Below are positions 1-13,096 of a stretch of 64,000 bases of DNA, one piece after another. A program made the position numbers and the translations under genes. The stretch is taken from NCBI GenBank assembly GCA_965202585.1, contig OZ241831.1:37014001-37078000 (forward strand), given 5' to 3'. The DNA comes from Thalia democratica (Eukaryota). The notes under the pieces were generated by a model that saw only the letters and a list, made by a program, of their open reading frames with translations, did not search any database and was not told the DNA's origin. Position 1 is the stretch's first letter. Each line of letters starts with the position of its first letter.

Positions 1-589
1 GAAGGTTTCCTGTAAGTTGTTTACTTCAAACGGATCTGCCTCGAAGGGATCCATATTTTTATCTATATGATAGATTTTTTGTGTCAAATCGAAACTTTAC
101 TACTTAATATGTTGAAATTGTTAAAAATTCCAGATTTTTTAATTTTTTTTTTGCCTAAATTGTCAAATTTCAGGTTTTTCCAGGTTTCTAGGTAAATTGG
201 CAACCATGTTTAGTTTTATTTTTTAGTCTAACTTAGTGACTTTTCAAAAAACAATTGAAAATATCATGAGGTTAATAATCTATAACGTAGATTTTTACAA
301 ACCATTTATGATCCCAAATAACATATATGTCAGGTTATAAAATGTCGAGAGGGATTTCGATCGTCTATGATCTATGTAATTGTTAAATAAGAAAATATAT
401 TAATGAAAATCTGTAATTTACTTGAAAGTGGGAGTCATAAGTACCTGATTTTTTTCTCTATATTATACATAAACACAATAAACTTTTTTTGTTTAAGTTT
501 TACCTTAGGTTCAAATATTTAATAGCAAGCTAAAATTAGTAAAATAGCACGATAAAAAGTAAAAATTTTATGACAGCCAAAAATTTTTA

Positions 590-712
590 AATTGCCCCCT
601 TTTCGCCCCCTACTAGTTATCGCCCACCCTTTCGCCCCCTTACTAATTATCGCCCTCCGACTTACTAAAATCGCCCCCAGGGGGGCGATATCGTCAACTT
701 TGGGAAACCCTG
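590..712 (-). mobile_element. Probable end of a non-autonomous DNA transposon (MITE, hAT-like terminus)
   Basis: GC-rich block of repeated TCGCCCCC motifs ending in TTGGGAAACCCTG (reverse complement CAGGGTTTCCCAA), resembling CAGGG-type hAT termini. Partner end and TSD not found. Confidence 0.35.
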
Positions 713-2059
713 GGCTAAACCTTAACTATAAAGAAAAACAGAGTAAGTTTAAAACAGGCACTTAAATACTTTTAAAGAACGAGTTTTTTCTCCTAAATTT
801 ACACATGTTTTGTATATCTAACTTTGCTTGATAGATAAAAAATAGTTTACATAGACACATAATTTTAAAAAAATGACAAGTATTTTTTGTTATACTTCTA
901 GATAATGATGGTAGATATTAACTAATTATTTAATTCTGAAGCGAATAAAAAAATCAGTTTAAAACAAGAACTAAAATAAATAGAAAACTAATTAAGTATG
1001 TAATTTACATTCAAGATAAGTTATTTATCATTAGTTAAACATGATTATAAATTTTAAGGCAACTACAGTATTTCATCTTATTAGCATTAATATAAACTAG
1101 TTATCATTAAAAGATAAATTACTACAAAATAGTAAATGTTAGTTGCCAATACAACACCTAAAAATAATAACATATACAAATAATAAAACTTTAATATTGT
1201 GAAAAAGTCTACTTTATTTTAAGCAAGAATTTAATTAAGTTGTACGAATAAGTTGAAAAACGATTGTTTTACATGAATTTATTTACTACAAGTAAAAAAA
1301 TATATACTAGAACTATGCAGTCATAAGCAAAACTGTAATATATTGATCAAATACACTACTAGTTATTTTTACAATAAGGCTTTAAATCACTAAGCTTTTT
1401 GTAACATCAAACATGTTTAATTTTCTACACAGTAATAGCTGCTTCTAATGGGATTGCAAACATGTGGATCTTCACAGTAGTTAAAAGAAGTATTTGCACT
1501 TTATTTATTATTGTACAACTGAAATTTTGGAAAGAAAGCTTAAGCTAATCTACTAAAATAAATATGAACGTATATAAAAACACCCTTTTTGTTCAATATT
1601 TTAATTATTTTTATTCAGGGTCGCACAGGAAACCAGTCTAATAGCGCCAATGCTTGGGTGTGCGACTAGATGATCGAAAGGTATTTTGGTGCACCCTGGC
1701 CCTATATTTTTAGATTATTTTTTGTTTTTTGCTCAATAAACTTACTAGTATAATAAAAACAAAGATTTAAGTTCTGATTTTGTTGATCAAAAGCAGCTAC
1801 TTTAATAAGCATTGAAAATAATACTTTAAGCAATAAAATCTGTGATAAAACAATTCTACAACTTATTAGAATAAGGAATGTAATTCAGAACTAAGCTTTG
1901 GAAATTATAACAGAAATAAGCTTACACATCAAAACTGAACTAAAATGTTTAAACTTCATTTTATACAAGTAAAGTAGTTTTCATATGTGTATGTTTAGTT
2001 TATAAGCATAAAATTAAAACAAAAAAAATACACCAGAATAAAAATTTATTTAATTTTAT

Positions 2060-2876
2060 CTAATAAGGACTATAGGCAGTTTTCTTTTTTTTATTCATAG
2101 AGCTTTTTGCTTTACCTCCCGAATTGTTCGAATAGCTCGGCTCATTGTTAGTGTAGCCACCGTACCCATCTAGTGCACCTCCGTAACCGCCATATCCAGT
2201 GTACAGCGACTCATCATAACTGGCAGTGGTTGCTGTTGGGTAACCTCCATTGTCTGCATAACCTCCGTACCCCGTTTGATAAGCAGCTTCTGCGGTCGTT
2301 TTTACTTTAATTTCTTGTTTTGATGTGGTGACTGAATACTTGCACTCGCATCTGCTACCGTCGACCATGTGATATTGACCCGCCGACAAGGTTTCATTGA
2401 TTCCTTCGGGACTTCTGAAATAAATAAAACAAAAGCCGCGGGATTTTCCTGTTCCAGGATATGTTGGCCTCCTGTACTTTGTAATTGTTCCATACTTTCC
2501 AAAATACTCTCTGATGGTTTTCTCATTTGTATCAGGTTTTATACCACCAATAAACAATATTTTTTCTTCCTCACTATTACTTTTTTGAGCTTGACGAAAA
2601 GGGTCAAATTTTTTAGGGTCAATCTTTTTACCGTCAAGTACGTGAGAACGTTCTTTTAGCACTCTGTCTACGTAGCGAGGAAATTCGAAAAGAACAAAGC
2701 CGAAGCCTCTCGAAGCCTTGTTAACCAGATGCCTTTTAATTTCAACATCTACCACTGTTCCGTATTTTCCGAATTTTTTTTTTTAGTCTGCGCTTGTCTG
2801 TTTCCGGTGACAATCCTCCAACGAATATTTTGCAGTTTTTCTCTTTGCTTTCTCTAACAAGTTTGCCGTACTCCAT
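2060..2876 (-). CDS. Intronless RNA-binding protein with two RRM domains and a Gly/Tyr-rich tail (hnRNP A/B/D - Musashi/DAZAP1 type), about 271 aa after repairing a 1-nt frameshift
   Basis: ORF 2060-2755 has RNP1 motifs RGFGFVLF and RGFCFIYF, RNP2 LFIGGI, a GYGG-rich tail and a C-terminal ...YSPY. An upstream ATG at 2876 reads MEYGKLVRESKEKNCKIFVGGL (RNP2 of RRM1). It joins the ORF if one A is removed from the 11-nt A run (plus-strand T run 2774-2784), giving RLKKKFGKYGTVVDVEIK. Confidence 0.88.
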
Positions 2877-5403
2877 TTTGTGCATAAGTTATTTAATTGC
2901 TGTAAAAGAGTTTATTTAGTTAACTACTTAATTATGCATTTTCTTAGAAAATAATATATTCAAAAGGTTTGTAGATGTTTAGTTATTTAAATATTAAGTT
3001 GTTTTATTTTCATATTTCATCGTTAATATATACTTATGTTTTATTTGACAACTTTAAGTAACTTAAAAATTTTAAGTACTTATTAACAACATTGGTGTAA
3101 AGTTACGTTTGTGTGGCACGAATAGGTTTCTTGCAGATTTTGAAGTTAAAAAAAAAATCAAATAATCTAAAACACTTGATGTATACATAGGCTCAACTAT
3201 AAACATATGTTTTGTTGATTAAAAGACTCTAAAACATTTTTTCTAGAATTTGTACTGTCGAAATTTAAATTGTAATGTAACCCAACCTATGCTTTTCAAG
3301 ATATTTACTTTATCTTAAGTCATTTGACACTAAAAAGCTAAGGACTTCTGTCAATGGCTATTTACATGGCAAACAATTTATTTTATTATTAAAATGTTAA
3401 ACAAGCTCATCTTGTGAACAAACTGGCGCTACACTATAAGTAGTCAGTTATAACTAATTATATGGTTCATACTAGTTATATACAAATCTAGTAACTTTTT
3501 TTTATCGGTTTCAAAATGTGCTAAAAATTTGAGTATTAAAATAAATAAAAGACTTACATTAATGCAATCGAACAAAGTAATAATATTTTAGTGGTACAAA
3601 AATATACTTTGATAACAACGAAATTATGTTTTTTACGTTCACCATCTGCGATAAGCTTTAATTCTAATACATTTTTTCAAAGCTGTTTTTAATGTTGAAT
3701 ATTTTGTTCAACAAGTAAAACTGTTTAGGTATAAAAACAGTTAAATATATAAATTTGCAGGTTTAAAAGAAAAAAGAACTAAATAACAAAACTTGGTGCT
3801 TTAAATATTTTCAGTCAGCAAAAAAAAAGAAAAATAAATAAAAATAAACAAAGACATTCAAAACTATTACGTTTATTTTTGAAACAAAGCTCCCAGTTTA
3901 TTTTCATAAAATCGCTACATAATTTTTCTAGCATAAAATTTAAAACTAATTTAAAAAAACAGTTATTGAGGGTAAATTTTTAATAAACTATACACTTTAG
4001 CAAACTTTCTGGAGAAAAAAGTATATTATTAGTTTAAATAAAAGTAAAAAAAAAACGAAATTTCCTTATATGTCTGGCATAGAATAAATGTGTATACTAA
4101 ATAAAAAAAAACCTTTGGTCTAAGAGTTTTATTTTGCTGTACTGAATGTTGAAATTTTTTACTAATTTGAGGATTATAATTCTTAATTCAAATGTTTTAA
4201 ACTGTAAGATGGTATTATCTATTTTGTCTTGTTATATTAAATGCTTACTTGTCATTGTCCCTTATTTTAGAGTTTTATATATTTGCAAGTACTGTTAATA
4301 ATACTTTTATTCATAATTTCTTAGTGTTGAAAATACATAAAAATATTATCAGATACTAAACGCTATAAAATTTGTAACTTTTCACTATATGAATAATCTT
4401 ACAAATTTATTATCAAATAAAACACATTTATTTTAGATTTTTTTTTTATTGGTTTTGATTTAGTTTAGAATCTTTCTTATACTAAATTTTAGATGATAAA
4501 AGTATCATTTTTTTTTTAAAACAAAAATTTAAACAACTAACTAAGTTATTTTACCCCCTATTACTTTTTTTGTTGATCTAGTTTTTTTTATTTATTTTCA
4601 GATAAAATACGTAAATTTACATTTTTTTAATGTTTTTGATACTAAAAGACAGGAAATAGACAAATCTTATAATGATACTATTTTTGTTAAGGTTTATTAT
4701 TTTTTCTTTGTTTTACACTTAATAAACTTACTTCTATTGATGCACTTGTGCCAATGTAAAAAAATGGTTATTTAAGAAACAATAAATCTTTTAAGTTTTT
4801 TTTACATTTGGGAAAGTATATTAAATTAATATAAACCCTAATGTAGTTAGATTTGATTTCAAATAACTTTTTAGTTACTAGAAACATTTTAAAAAGAGTA
4901 TTATTAAATTATTAATTGTTTTTACAGTACAATGAGTTTAAGAAAAGTCATGAAGATTCTATCAAACTATATTTTTTTTTTAACTTCGGCTGCAAATTAA
5001 ATGTATACAAAAAATATTCGCAGAAATTAAACTACTTTTTTGATTAAATATCTAAGTTAAAAAAATAATTATTATTATTTTAGTAATAATTATTTTTTGT
5101 TTCTAGTTACTTTTTATAATTTTAATTTAAATATAAAATATATTTAATGCAACAACAAATAAATAAAACACTCTCAAGTTTTTCTGTGATAGTTTATACG
5201 TATTACACTACTTTTCGTCAGAACCTAACAGTAGAACAAATTTAAAACTATGAATAAGTTTTTAAACAAAAACACAAAAAGTTAAAACTAACAAAGCAAT
5301 AAGCACAATAAATAATCAGTGTGAAGTAATAAATAATTAAACTCAAATACTACTAACGGATAAAATAGATAATTTATCTAAATAAAGACACTTTATAGTC
5401 AAA

Positions 5404-6752
5404 TTCCTTCTGTTTACACAGTTCTGGTTTCTCCAAAAATATAGAGATAGCCTCCAACTTCACGAGATCAAACACACTATTGCAATGATGAATTATTCTA
5501 AATCTGGATATGTCATATTTCCTAGCACAATCTCTATTATTTATTAGATGTTCTGCAACTGAAGATCTTTTTGCTGCGTTTTTTGTTGCTATTGTCTTAA
5601 ATTTCAGGTTCTTGTTCGATGAATTTCAATACACAAGCAGGTAAATGTTCTTTTATCCTGGTTTTAAAGTGCCTAGAGGTCTGACCGATATAGCTCTTTT
5701 CGCAAGAGCAACAAAACTTGTATACTACACTACTTTTGTCTTGGTCTGGTATCGGGTTCTTCAACTGCACTTTTAACAAAAATTTAAAAAGAAATATAAC
5801 TCTTGGAAGCACTTGATTGTAAGATGTTTTTGTTAAGTCTTTTAGTTTGCTCTCAAATGCTAGTGATTTTCTCCAATATAAGGTAGTTTTATTATTGCTG
5901 GGAACTTCTCCGGTCCAAATAGCCTAGGTTGATTTATGTTATTGTGGTGTGATTTTATCACCTTCGTAATCAAATCTGGTGGGTAACTATTTTTTATTAA
6001 AATTTCTTTTATTCTCTCAACCTCTGAATGAAGTAATTCTTTCGAACAGATTCTGTATGCTCTATGGCACAGCGTTTTGATTAGGTTTACTTTTCGTTTC
6101 TTACTACAAATCGATTGGTAGTGTAAGTATTGCCCAGTGAAAGTTTTTTTTCTATAGACATTCGTTAAGAAGCTTGTTTTATCTTTTATTATTAATTTAT
6201 CCAGAAATGGCAGCTGGTTGTTCTCTTCTACTTCTCTAGTAAAAGAAATCTTTTCATGTATAATTTTGAATAATAGCTTCATTTTCACTTTCTGTTTTGG
6301 ATATAACCAAACAATCGTCGACGTATCTTATGTAGACAACCTGTGAAGACAAGTCGTCAGTAATTTTGGATTATAAATATCCGATAAAAATATTCGCTAG
6401 AGTAGGACCCAAAGGTGACCCCATGGCTACGCCGTCTATCTGACTGTAAATTGTATTATTGAAATTAAACTGTACATCACTCGTTGCTATTTTCATCAGC
6501 TTTATAAAATTGTTCTTCTCTAAATTAGGTATTCTTATTTCATATAATTTGTCAGCACTTATCTTAATTGATTCTTCTAGTGGTACATTTGTGAACAATT
6601 GCTTTACGCCAAAAGATGTTAAAACTGTATTAGTTGATGTAGCATGTCTGATCTTTTCGATAACTTCAAAAGAGTCTTTTACAACAAATTGTGAGTAATA
6701 AGCTAAAACTGGTTCTAATAAAAAATTAAGAAATCTGGCTAATTTGTGTTGT
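5404..6752 (-). pseudogene. Fragmented PLE reverse transcriptase and GIY-YIG endonuclease
   Basis: Motifs QIDGVAMGSPLGPTLANIF, YIRYVDDCLV, LPFLD, VYRKKTFTG and CSCEKSYIGQTSRH are split across frameshifted ORFs 6371-6598, 5860-6288 and 5597-5812. Confidence 0.88.
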
Positions 6753-6907
6753 TACTTACACTACCAATCGTTTTGTAGTAAGAAACGAAAAGTAAACCTA
6801 ATCAAAACGCTGTACCATAGAGCATACAGAATCTGTTCGAAAGAATTACTTCATTCAGAGGTTGAGAGAATAAAAGAAATCTTAATAAAAATGGTTACCC
6901 ACCAGAT

Positions 6908-7507
6908 TTGATTAAGAAGGTGATAAAATCACACCACAATAACATAAATCAACCTAGGCTATTTGGACCGGAGAAGTTCCCAGCAATATTAAAACTACCT
7001 TATATCGGAGAAAAATCACGAGTATTTGAGAGCAAACTAAAAGACTTAGCAAAAACATCTTACAATCAAGTGCTTCCAAGAGTTATATTTCTTTCAAAAT
7101 CTTTATTAAAAGTGCAGTTGAAGAACCCGATACCAGACCAAGACAAAAGTTGTGTAGTATACAAGTTTAATTGCTCTTGCGAAAAGAGCTATATCGGTCA
7201 GACCTCTAGGCACTTAAAAACCAGGATAAAAGAACATCTACCTGCTTGTGTATTGAAATTCATCGAACAAGAACCTGAAATTAAGACAATAGCAACAAAA
7301 AACGCAGCCAAAAGATCTTCAGTTGCAGAACATCTAATAAATAATAGAGATTGTGCTAGGAAATATGACATATCCAGATTTAGAATAATCCATCATTGCA
7401 ATAGTGTGTTTGATCTCGTGAAGTTGGATGCTATCTCTATATTTTTGGAGAAACCAGAACTGTGTAAACAGAAGGAATTTGACTATAAAGTGTCTTTATT
7501 TAGTTAA
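6908..7507 (+). CDS. 5'-truncated PLE ORF: RT C-terminal linker plus GIY-YIG endonuclease
   Basis: 199-aa open frame with VVYKFNCSCEKSYIGQTSRHLKTRIKEH (GIY-YIG). No RT core upstream on this strand. Confidence 0.8.
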   Translation: MIKKVIKSHHNNINQPRLFGPEKFPAILKLPYIGEKSRVFESKLKDLAKTSYNQVLPRVIFLSKSLLKVQLKNPIPDQDKSCVVYKFNCSCEKSYIGQTSRHLKTRIKEHLPACVLKFIEQEPEIKTIATKNAAKRSSVAEHLINNRDCARKYDISRFRIIHHCNSVFDLVKLDAISIFLEKPELCKQKEFDYKVSLFS

Positions 7508-9066
7508 ATTATCTATTTTTATCCGTTAGTAGTATTTGAGTTTAATTATTTATTACTTTACACTGATTATTTATTGTGCTTATTACTTTGTTAGTTTTAA
7601 CTTTTTGTGTTTTTGTTTAAAAACTTATTCATAGTTTTAAATTTGTTCTACTGTTAAGTTCTGACGAAAAGTAGTGTAATACGTATAAACTATCACAGAA
7701 AAACTTGAGAGAGTGTCTTATTTATTTGTTTTTGCATTAGCTGATTATGTCTGAAGTATAAAATATATTGATTTGAATCAAAACAAATTGAAGAAAATAT
7801 ATTATAGAAAATAAAATAGATCATTCTGCAATAAAATACTTTTCCTTATGTATAAATTTAATTTGTTTGCATAAAACAATTGATTTCATGAATAAATAAT
7901 CATATTTCATAACAAATAATTACTACTTGCATTAACAGTTTCCATTTAAGTTGTTTTTAAATTGGCTAATTTACTAATTTTTACTTAAAATATACTATTA
8001 AGATATACAATTTGTAAGTGTTGTTTTATTTTAGTTTTGTTTGGTTTAATAGTTATTAGTATCATAAATAAAGCATTAAGTTTTGTAGTCTGCACTTTAA
8101 CTTAAAGTTCATAAAACATGCATGAAATTTAAAAATAGGTTTAGAAATATTTTTTTATTTATAAAGTCTATTTTTTAAATAAATTTCATTAGAACCATAA
8201 CTATTAGTGAAATAGTTAGTTTAATAATGTTTCTCATACTTCAAAATACTTGTTTTTAAAGTATGGAACTGATGTAAATTTTAATCTTATTGAAAAAATA
8301 TTTATGATGTTGGCTTTATAAAAAAAGCTTAAACTGCTCTTAATGTTCACTTTTCAAGTTTAAATTAGTACCATGTCCTGTCTAGATTTTTAAGTAGCGA
8401 AGCACATTGTAAGTTTAAGCATTACAATGAAAGATATTAAAAAATAATCAGAAAAGTTTACTTTTTTCAACAACGCTTATGTAACTCAATTTTTTCTCAT
8501 AACTTAAAAACCACTCATACTCTATAAATTTGGTCGAGAGCTGACTCTGATTTTTTGTTTCGTTTAAAATACAAGTAATTGAGATAGCATATTTTACGAC
8601 TTAATGATAAATAACAAAACATAAAACATAAACAAAAAACGAAAAATAGAAATTACTATGTTTTCATAATAAATATACTTATTTTAAAAAGTTTTAAATT
8701 TAAATTCAATTATTAAAATATAGTTTCCATATATAAAAATCATTGTTTGTCTTAAAATTTAAAAAAAGTTATAGTTAGAATTAGTTTTTTCAAAACAATA
8801 TCTGTATCAATTAACTCATAGTTTTGCACCAATTATCTAGTGTTCCTTAATATAACCTGGAACACTTGATGTTTAAATATTCTAATATAACATCGACATA
8901 AAGAACATTTTTTACAAAGTATCTTTATTAAAAAAGTATTTAATTTAATAAATACTACGCCAAAAGATTATTTATAATTCATATATTGAATAAAAAACTT
9001 ATAAAAATCACTTTTATTGTAATAAAGTTTAACATTTTTTCAAAGATAACGTTATAAAAGTATTAG

Positions 9067-9507
9067 ACCCGTAATTTACACAGCCTTTTACTTGAGCAGA
9101 GATGTTATGACTGCAGTAAACAAAGATCGGGAAGAAAAACTGAACTTGAGCTTAGAGAAGTTCGTAAAAATCTTATTTTGAGGAGCTTGAAGGAAAACGA
9201 TCTTCAAGCCGAGTTAGCAGAATGCCGCATTCAGGTCTCAATTGTGCCTAAATATTCCAACAAGCACATGTAAGCCTTGTCTCACCAGTTTTGCAACAAA
9301 ATCTATGAGGAGTTGAAGCGTTATAAAACTAAACAGCAGTTGAAAGCACGAAAGGAAGTCGTCGACAATGCAGCTTGGGAGTGCTACAGGCAGAGAGGAT
9401 ATCCGAGCTGGTTTGATGATGAAATCCGAAACCTGCCAGCTGATCGAAGTGAAAGACCTGAATACTTTTACAACTGCGCTGTGGTTTATTTTGCAGTTTA
9501 CCAATAG
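9067..9507 (+). pseudogene. Decayed ORF of unknown origin (about 146 codons, one internal TAA at 9271)
   Basis: Locally GC-richer block. One frame reads ...LELREVRKNLILRSLKENDLQAELAECRIQVSIVPKYSNKHM*ALSHQFCNKIYEELKRYK...VYQ. No family recognised. Confidence 0.35.
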
Positions 9508-10144
9508 TACATCTTTGTTAGAAAAGGAGAGCTTCCAAACTAATGATAAAACTCAACAGCTTTACTAACTGTTCTACATACCAGAGACATAGCTAAGACG
9601 ACTCTACAAACTATATGAACTAATTTCAGGTAGTTATTTTCGAGGAGTGGTATAGTAATTTTTTTCTAGCATAAAATATGTTTAAAAAAAATGCATCGTT
9701 TTTGTTTTATTGAAATTTTAAAGTTTACCCTTGCAGTGTTCTAAAACATTAAAAGTATTAAAACTAGTGCTAAAAAATCTTTAAAATTTTGAAAGACTTA
9801 ATTTCTTAATTGTTAAAGTTTTTGTTGTTATATATTTCTGTTTCAATTTTAATTCTATTTACATAAAATCTTTTAATTTTTAAAGTAGAGTTGTAGAAGG
9901 ATTGTAGTAATAAATTTATTTTTTATTTATACAAATCGTCATGGTAACAAAAAAATGTAAAAACATAAGTAAAAATTAGCTATATTTATAAATTTTAAGT
10001 CTTAAAGCTACACTTTAAGTTATTAAGTTAAGAAAAAGTTCCTAAAATTTATTATACTAAATTAAAAAAGCTCATCTTTTTTAGTCTAGTCCAAACTATC
10101 ATATAAGTCTTGCCAGTGCCCAATTACTGCGCCACCAACGTTTG

Positions 10145-10900
10145 TATGGGTCACCAAAAATTCATTAAGAAAACATTCCTTTGATGCCCATTTTCTGTAT
10201 GGTAAACTATGCACATTATAAATTTGTTCGTTGATAAAATCAGAGGCATCGAAGCAAATAATAAATTATTGCGTCGTTTTTTATTGTATCGTTATACGAG
10301 GTCATTGAACTTTTGTTGATACATTGTATAAGTTAAGAAAACCTACAATAAAAAATATGAATTAAAAAATTCTTTTGAAGCTTGCAACTTCTGGCGTTAA
10401 GTTTAGTTCTAATTCTTTAATGTATTCACAGCAAGACGGTAGCCATGGGCACCCTTTGGGACCGCAATTGACTAATATTTTTATGGGTTATATTGAGATA
10501 AAAATTATTTCTCCTTTCAAAAACAAACTATTGTACCTCAAGTATGTTGATGATTGTGTTGTGTTGGTCAGAATCGGGAAATTTATCTATGAATGTCATT
10601 TTTATAGCTTGAATAATGCTCAAAACTCAATCAGTTTTACAATGGAAAAAGAAATATTAATGAACTTAAATTTTTAGATGTACAAGTTAGACGAGAAGAA
10701 AATAGATTTTCAAACATCGGTGTATAGAAAGATAACCTATGCAGGTTGTTATTTGAATTTACAATCCAACTGTAGATTAAAGAAAAAAGATAATCTAATC
10801 AGAAATCTGTGTCATCGTGCACCTAAAACTTGATTCGCATAGTTGCTACTAAGTAAAATCAAAAGGATCAAGTTACTATGAAATAAAACCGGGTACCACA
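10145..10900 (+). mobile_element. Degenerate Penelope-like RT fragment
   Basis: Degenerate motifs YGSPKIH.ENIPLMPI, MYSQQDG..GHPLGPQLTNIFMGYIE, LKYVDDCVV, NFLDV and VYRK with stops and frameshifts. Confidence 0.8.
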
Positions 10901-11361
10901 AGAATAAAAAGTCATTAATACTTGTTGTATTTTTTCCCCCTTTTGATTAAACTAGAAGCTATTTGTATTTGTTAAGATAACCTATTTTATATAAGTAAAT
11001 AGCTTTAAATATATTATTTCTTTATTTTCGTAATACTATATATCTGCTTTTTTTTCTATATGTTGATATATATTTTTACTGTAGATTAATCACAACGTAA
11101 GTATATTTATATGATTTTAATTGCTACTTTTGTAATTAAATAACATTATGATTACTTTATGATTACTTGGTTACTATATACGGTTGTAGTATCTTATCTC
11201 TTGTTAACTTTGTACTCTACTGATGGTAGTGGCTCAAAATATGTCTAGTTTTATTAAAATTTTGTTTCTTGTATATCTTATTGTAAATTTACTGGTCACT
11301 TATGTTTTAATATTTGAAAAACTAAAACAGCAACTATGTTTAAAATTAAAAAAAACCTTTC

Positions 11362-11514
11362 TTAAACAAAAGGGTTGACGACTGCAAGTTGTAGATTGAC
11401 GACTGCAAGTTTTTCGGTTGTGACTGATGAGTCCTAATAAGGACGAAACTGGTCTCAGCCTACCGAAACTTGTGGTCTGATGATCGAATTGGCATGATCA
11501 ACCCTTTTGTTTAA
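11362..11514 (+). ncRNA. Type I hammerhead ribozyme in an extended rod-like stem I
   Basis: CUGAUGA at 11424, stem II GUCC-UAAUAA-GGAC, GAAAC-UG-GUC with cleavage after 11454. Stem I is UGA/UCA, an internal loop, then UCGGU/ACCGA. A distal 17-bp perfect pairing joins 11362-11378 with 11498-11514. Confidence 0.9.
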
Positions 11515-12808
11515 ACTTGAGCTTGTCTCATGGCAAACGAAAGTCCAGGCTTCTGCTCTGCTGACTTTCGCCGATGTTTTTTGTTGATCGTACCTTTCTT
11601 AAAATAATAATTGTGAAATATTTTTTAGAAAAAATAAAAATTTTAAAGCAACCAGATGTTTTTATTCAAAACATATTCGGAGTTTTTTTCTACTGATTAC
11701 TATTTACGAAAAATTAAATACTAGAAACACACCTAAACAAACATTTGAATTAATGTTTTTTAATTCTGTATTTTTTTTTTAATTGCTTTGAATAAAAAGT
11801 TATTTAATATTCAACTGGATTGTTAAAACTATGAAAAATGTAAAATTGTTTGTGTTTTTATCAATTTCAACTAAATTATTTAAATTTGTAGCAGGCACTC
11901 AGCTTAGTACGTTTATGCAAGTCTGCAGAAACGTATATCATTTTGCGATAAAACTTGGTTTTGTTTTAATTCTTCAGCTTAAAAAGGCCCTGCTTTCTTA
12001 GCCTTTAGTAATCATTTATACTTAGTTTTCATTCCTAAGAGATGATTTTTGCATATATGTTCTCTTTAGCACTTCTAGTGTCGTAAAAATCGAACGAATT
12101 AATTAGATATAAATTGTATATATATAGCTCATTAAAGATTTCACTTGTCAAAAAGCTATTCATTGCAAAAATGAAATTAATAAAATATGTAGTTTTTCTT
12201 CAAAACCAAAATCATACAATTTTATGTTACAAAATTTATTTAAATAAAATATTTACCAGTAAAATTTATAAGTGATTAGTTTTGTTCATCTCTTTAGCCA
12301 TTGATTTGGTGTGTGGTATGTAGTTTATTGGTAGTTTAATCTGTAAGCTACACCTTCCCCTTATAGATTTTAGGTACTTTTGAACTTTGATTTTTTGGAA
12401 GGGCTATTGTTAATGTGCTTTGGGCTTTAGATTTTAAATTTATTGGATACTCAGTTGATTCCTAAGCTAGATTTGTAAACTGTTGCTGCCACATTTTTGA
12501 AGTGATTTTTTACTGAATTTGCCGTCATAACGAGTGGCAAATAGTAGCTGAGATCAATGTTCTGCAAGATGAAGACAGGTTCTGAAGATTTGACAGAAAT
12601 GCTTCTTACAGGGATTTGTTGCTTTGGAACGTATAATTGGAGATTGGTGACTTTGGAATCGTTGAATATTTGGTTGTGAAATTTTTAATTTATTCAGTTT
12701 GTGCCTTGTATAAGTTTTATGTTTATGTTTATTTAATCACTGTAATTTGTTTTTTCTTTTTATGTTAGTTTCTTTCAGTTTAAGTGGCTTAGGTTTTAAT
12801 GCCTAGGT

Positions 12809-13096
12809 NNNNNNNNNNNNNNNNNNNNNNNNNNNNNNNNNNNNNNNNNNNNNNNNNNNNNNNNNNNNNNNNNNNNNNNNNNNNNNNNNNNNNNNNNNNN
12901 NNNNNNNNNNNNNNNNNNNNNNNNNNNNNNNNNNNNNNNNNNNNNNNNNNNNNNNNNNNNNNNNNNNNNNNNNNNNNNNNNNNNNNNNNNNNNNNNNNNN
13001 NNNNNNNNNNNNNNNNNNNNNNNNNNNNNNNNNNNNNNNNNNNNNNNNNNNNNNNNNNNNNNNNNNNNNNNNNNNNNNNNNNNNNNNNNNNNNNNN
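12809..13096. other. Assembly gap (N run)
   Basis: 288 N bases. Confidence 1.

Larger units (their letters stand above)
5144..7739. mobile_element. Penelope-like retroelement (PLE) insertion with inverted, back-to-back arrangement
   Basis: About 5144-6125 is the reverse complement of about 6753-7739. The minus-strand part carries RT and GIY-YIG fragments; the plus-strand part carries the RT tail and GIY-YIG. Confidence 0.9.

Noticed and set aside
1616-1699. Possible tiny MITE (CAGGGTCGCAC...GTGCACCCTG)
   Set aside because: Imperfect 10-11 bp TIR, no TSD and no second copy in the window.
2302-2659. ORFs 2302-2526 (-) and 2369-2659 (+)
   Set aside because: Alternative-frame and antisense shadows of the RRM gene.
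7661-7720. CTGACGA...GAAA at the 3' end of the inverted Penelope arms (mirror near 5180-5222) as a hammerhead
   Set aside because: No convincing stem II, and no NUH with stem I pairing could be drawn.
11477-11545. Second CTGATGA...CGAAAGTC just downstream of the first hammerhead
   Set aside because: Lacks the G10.1-C11.1 pair and stem I complementarity; part of it is used in the distal helix of the first ribozyme.
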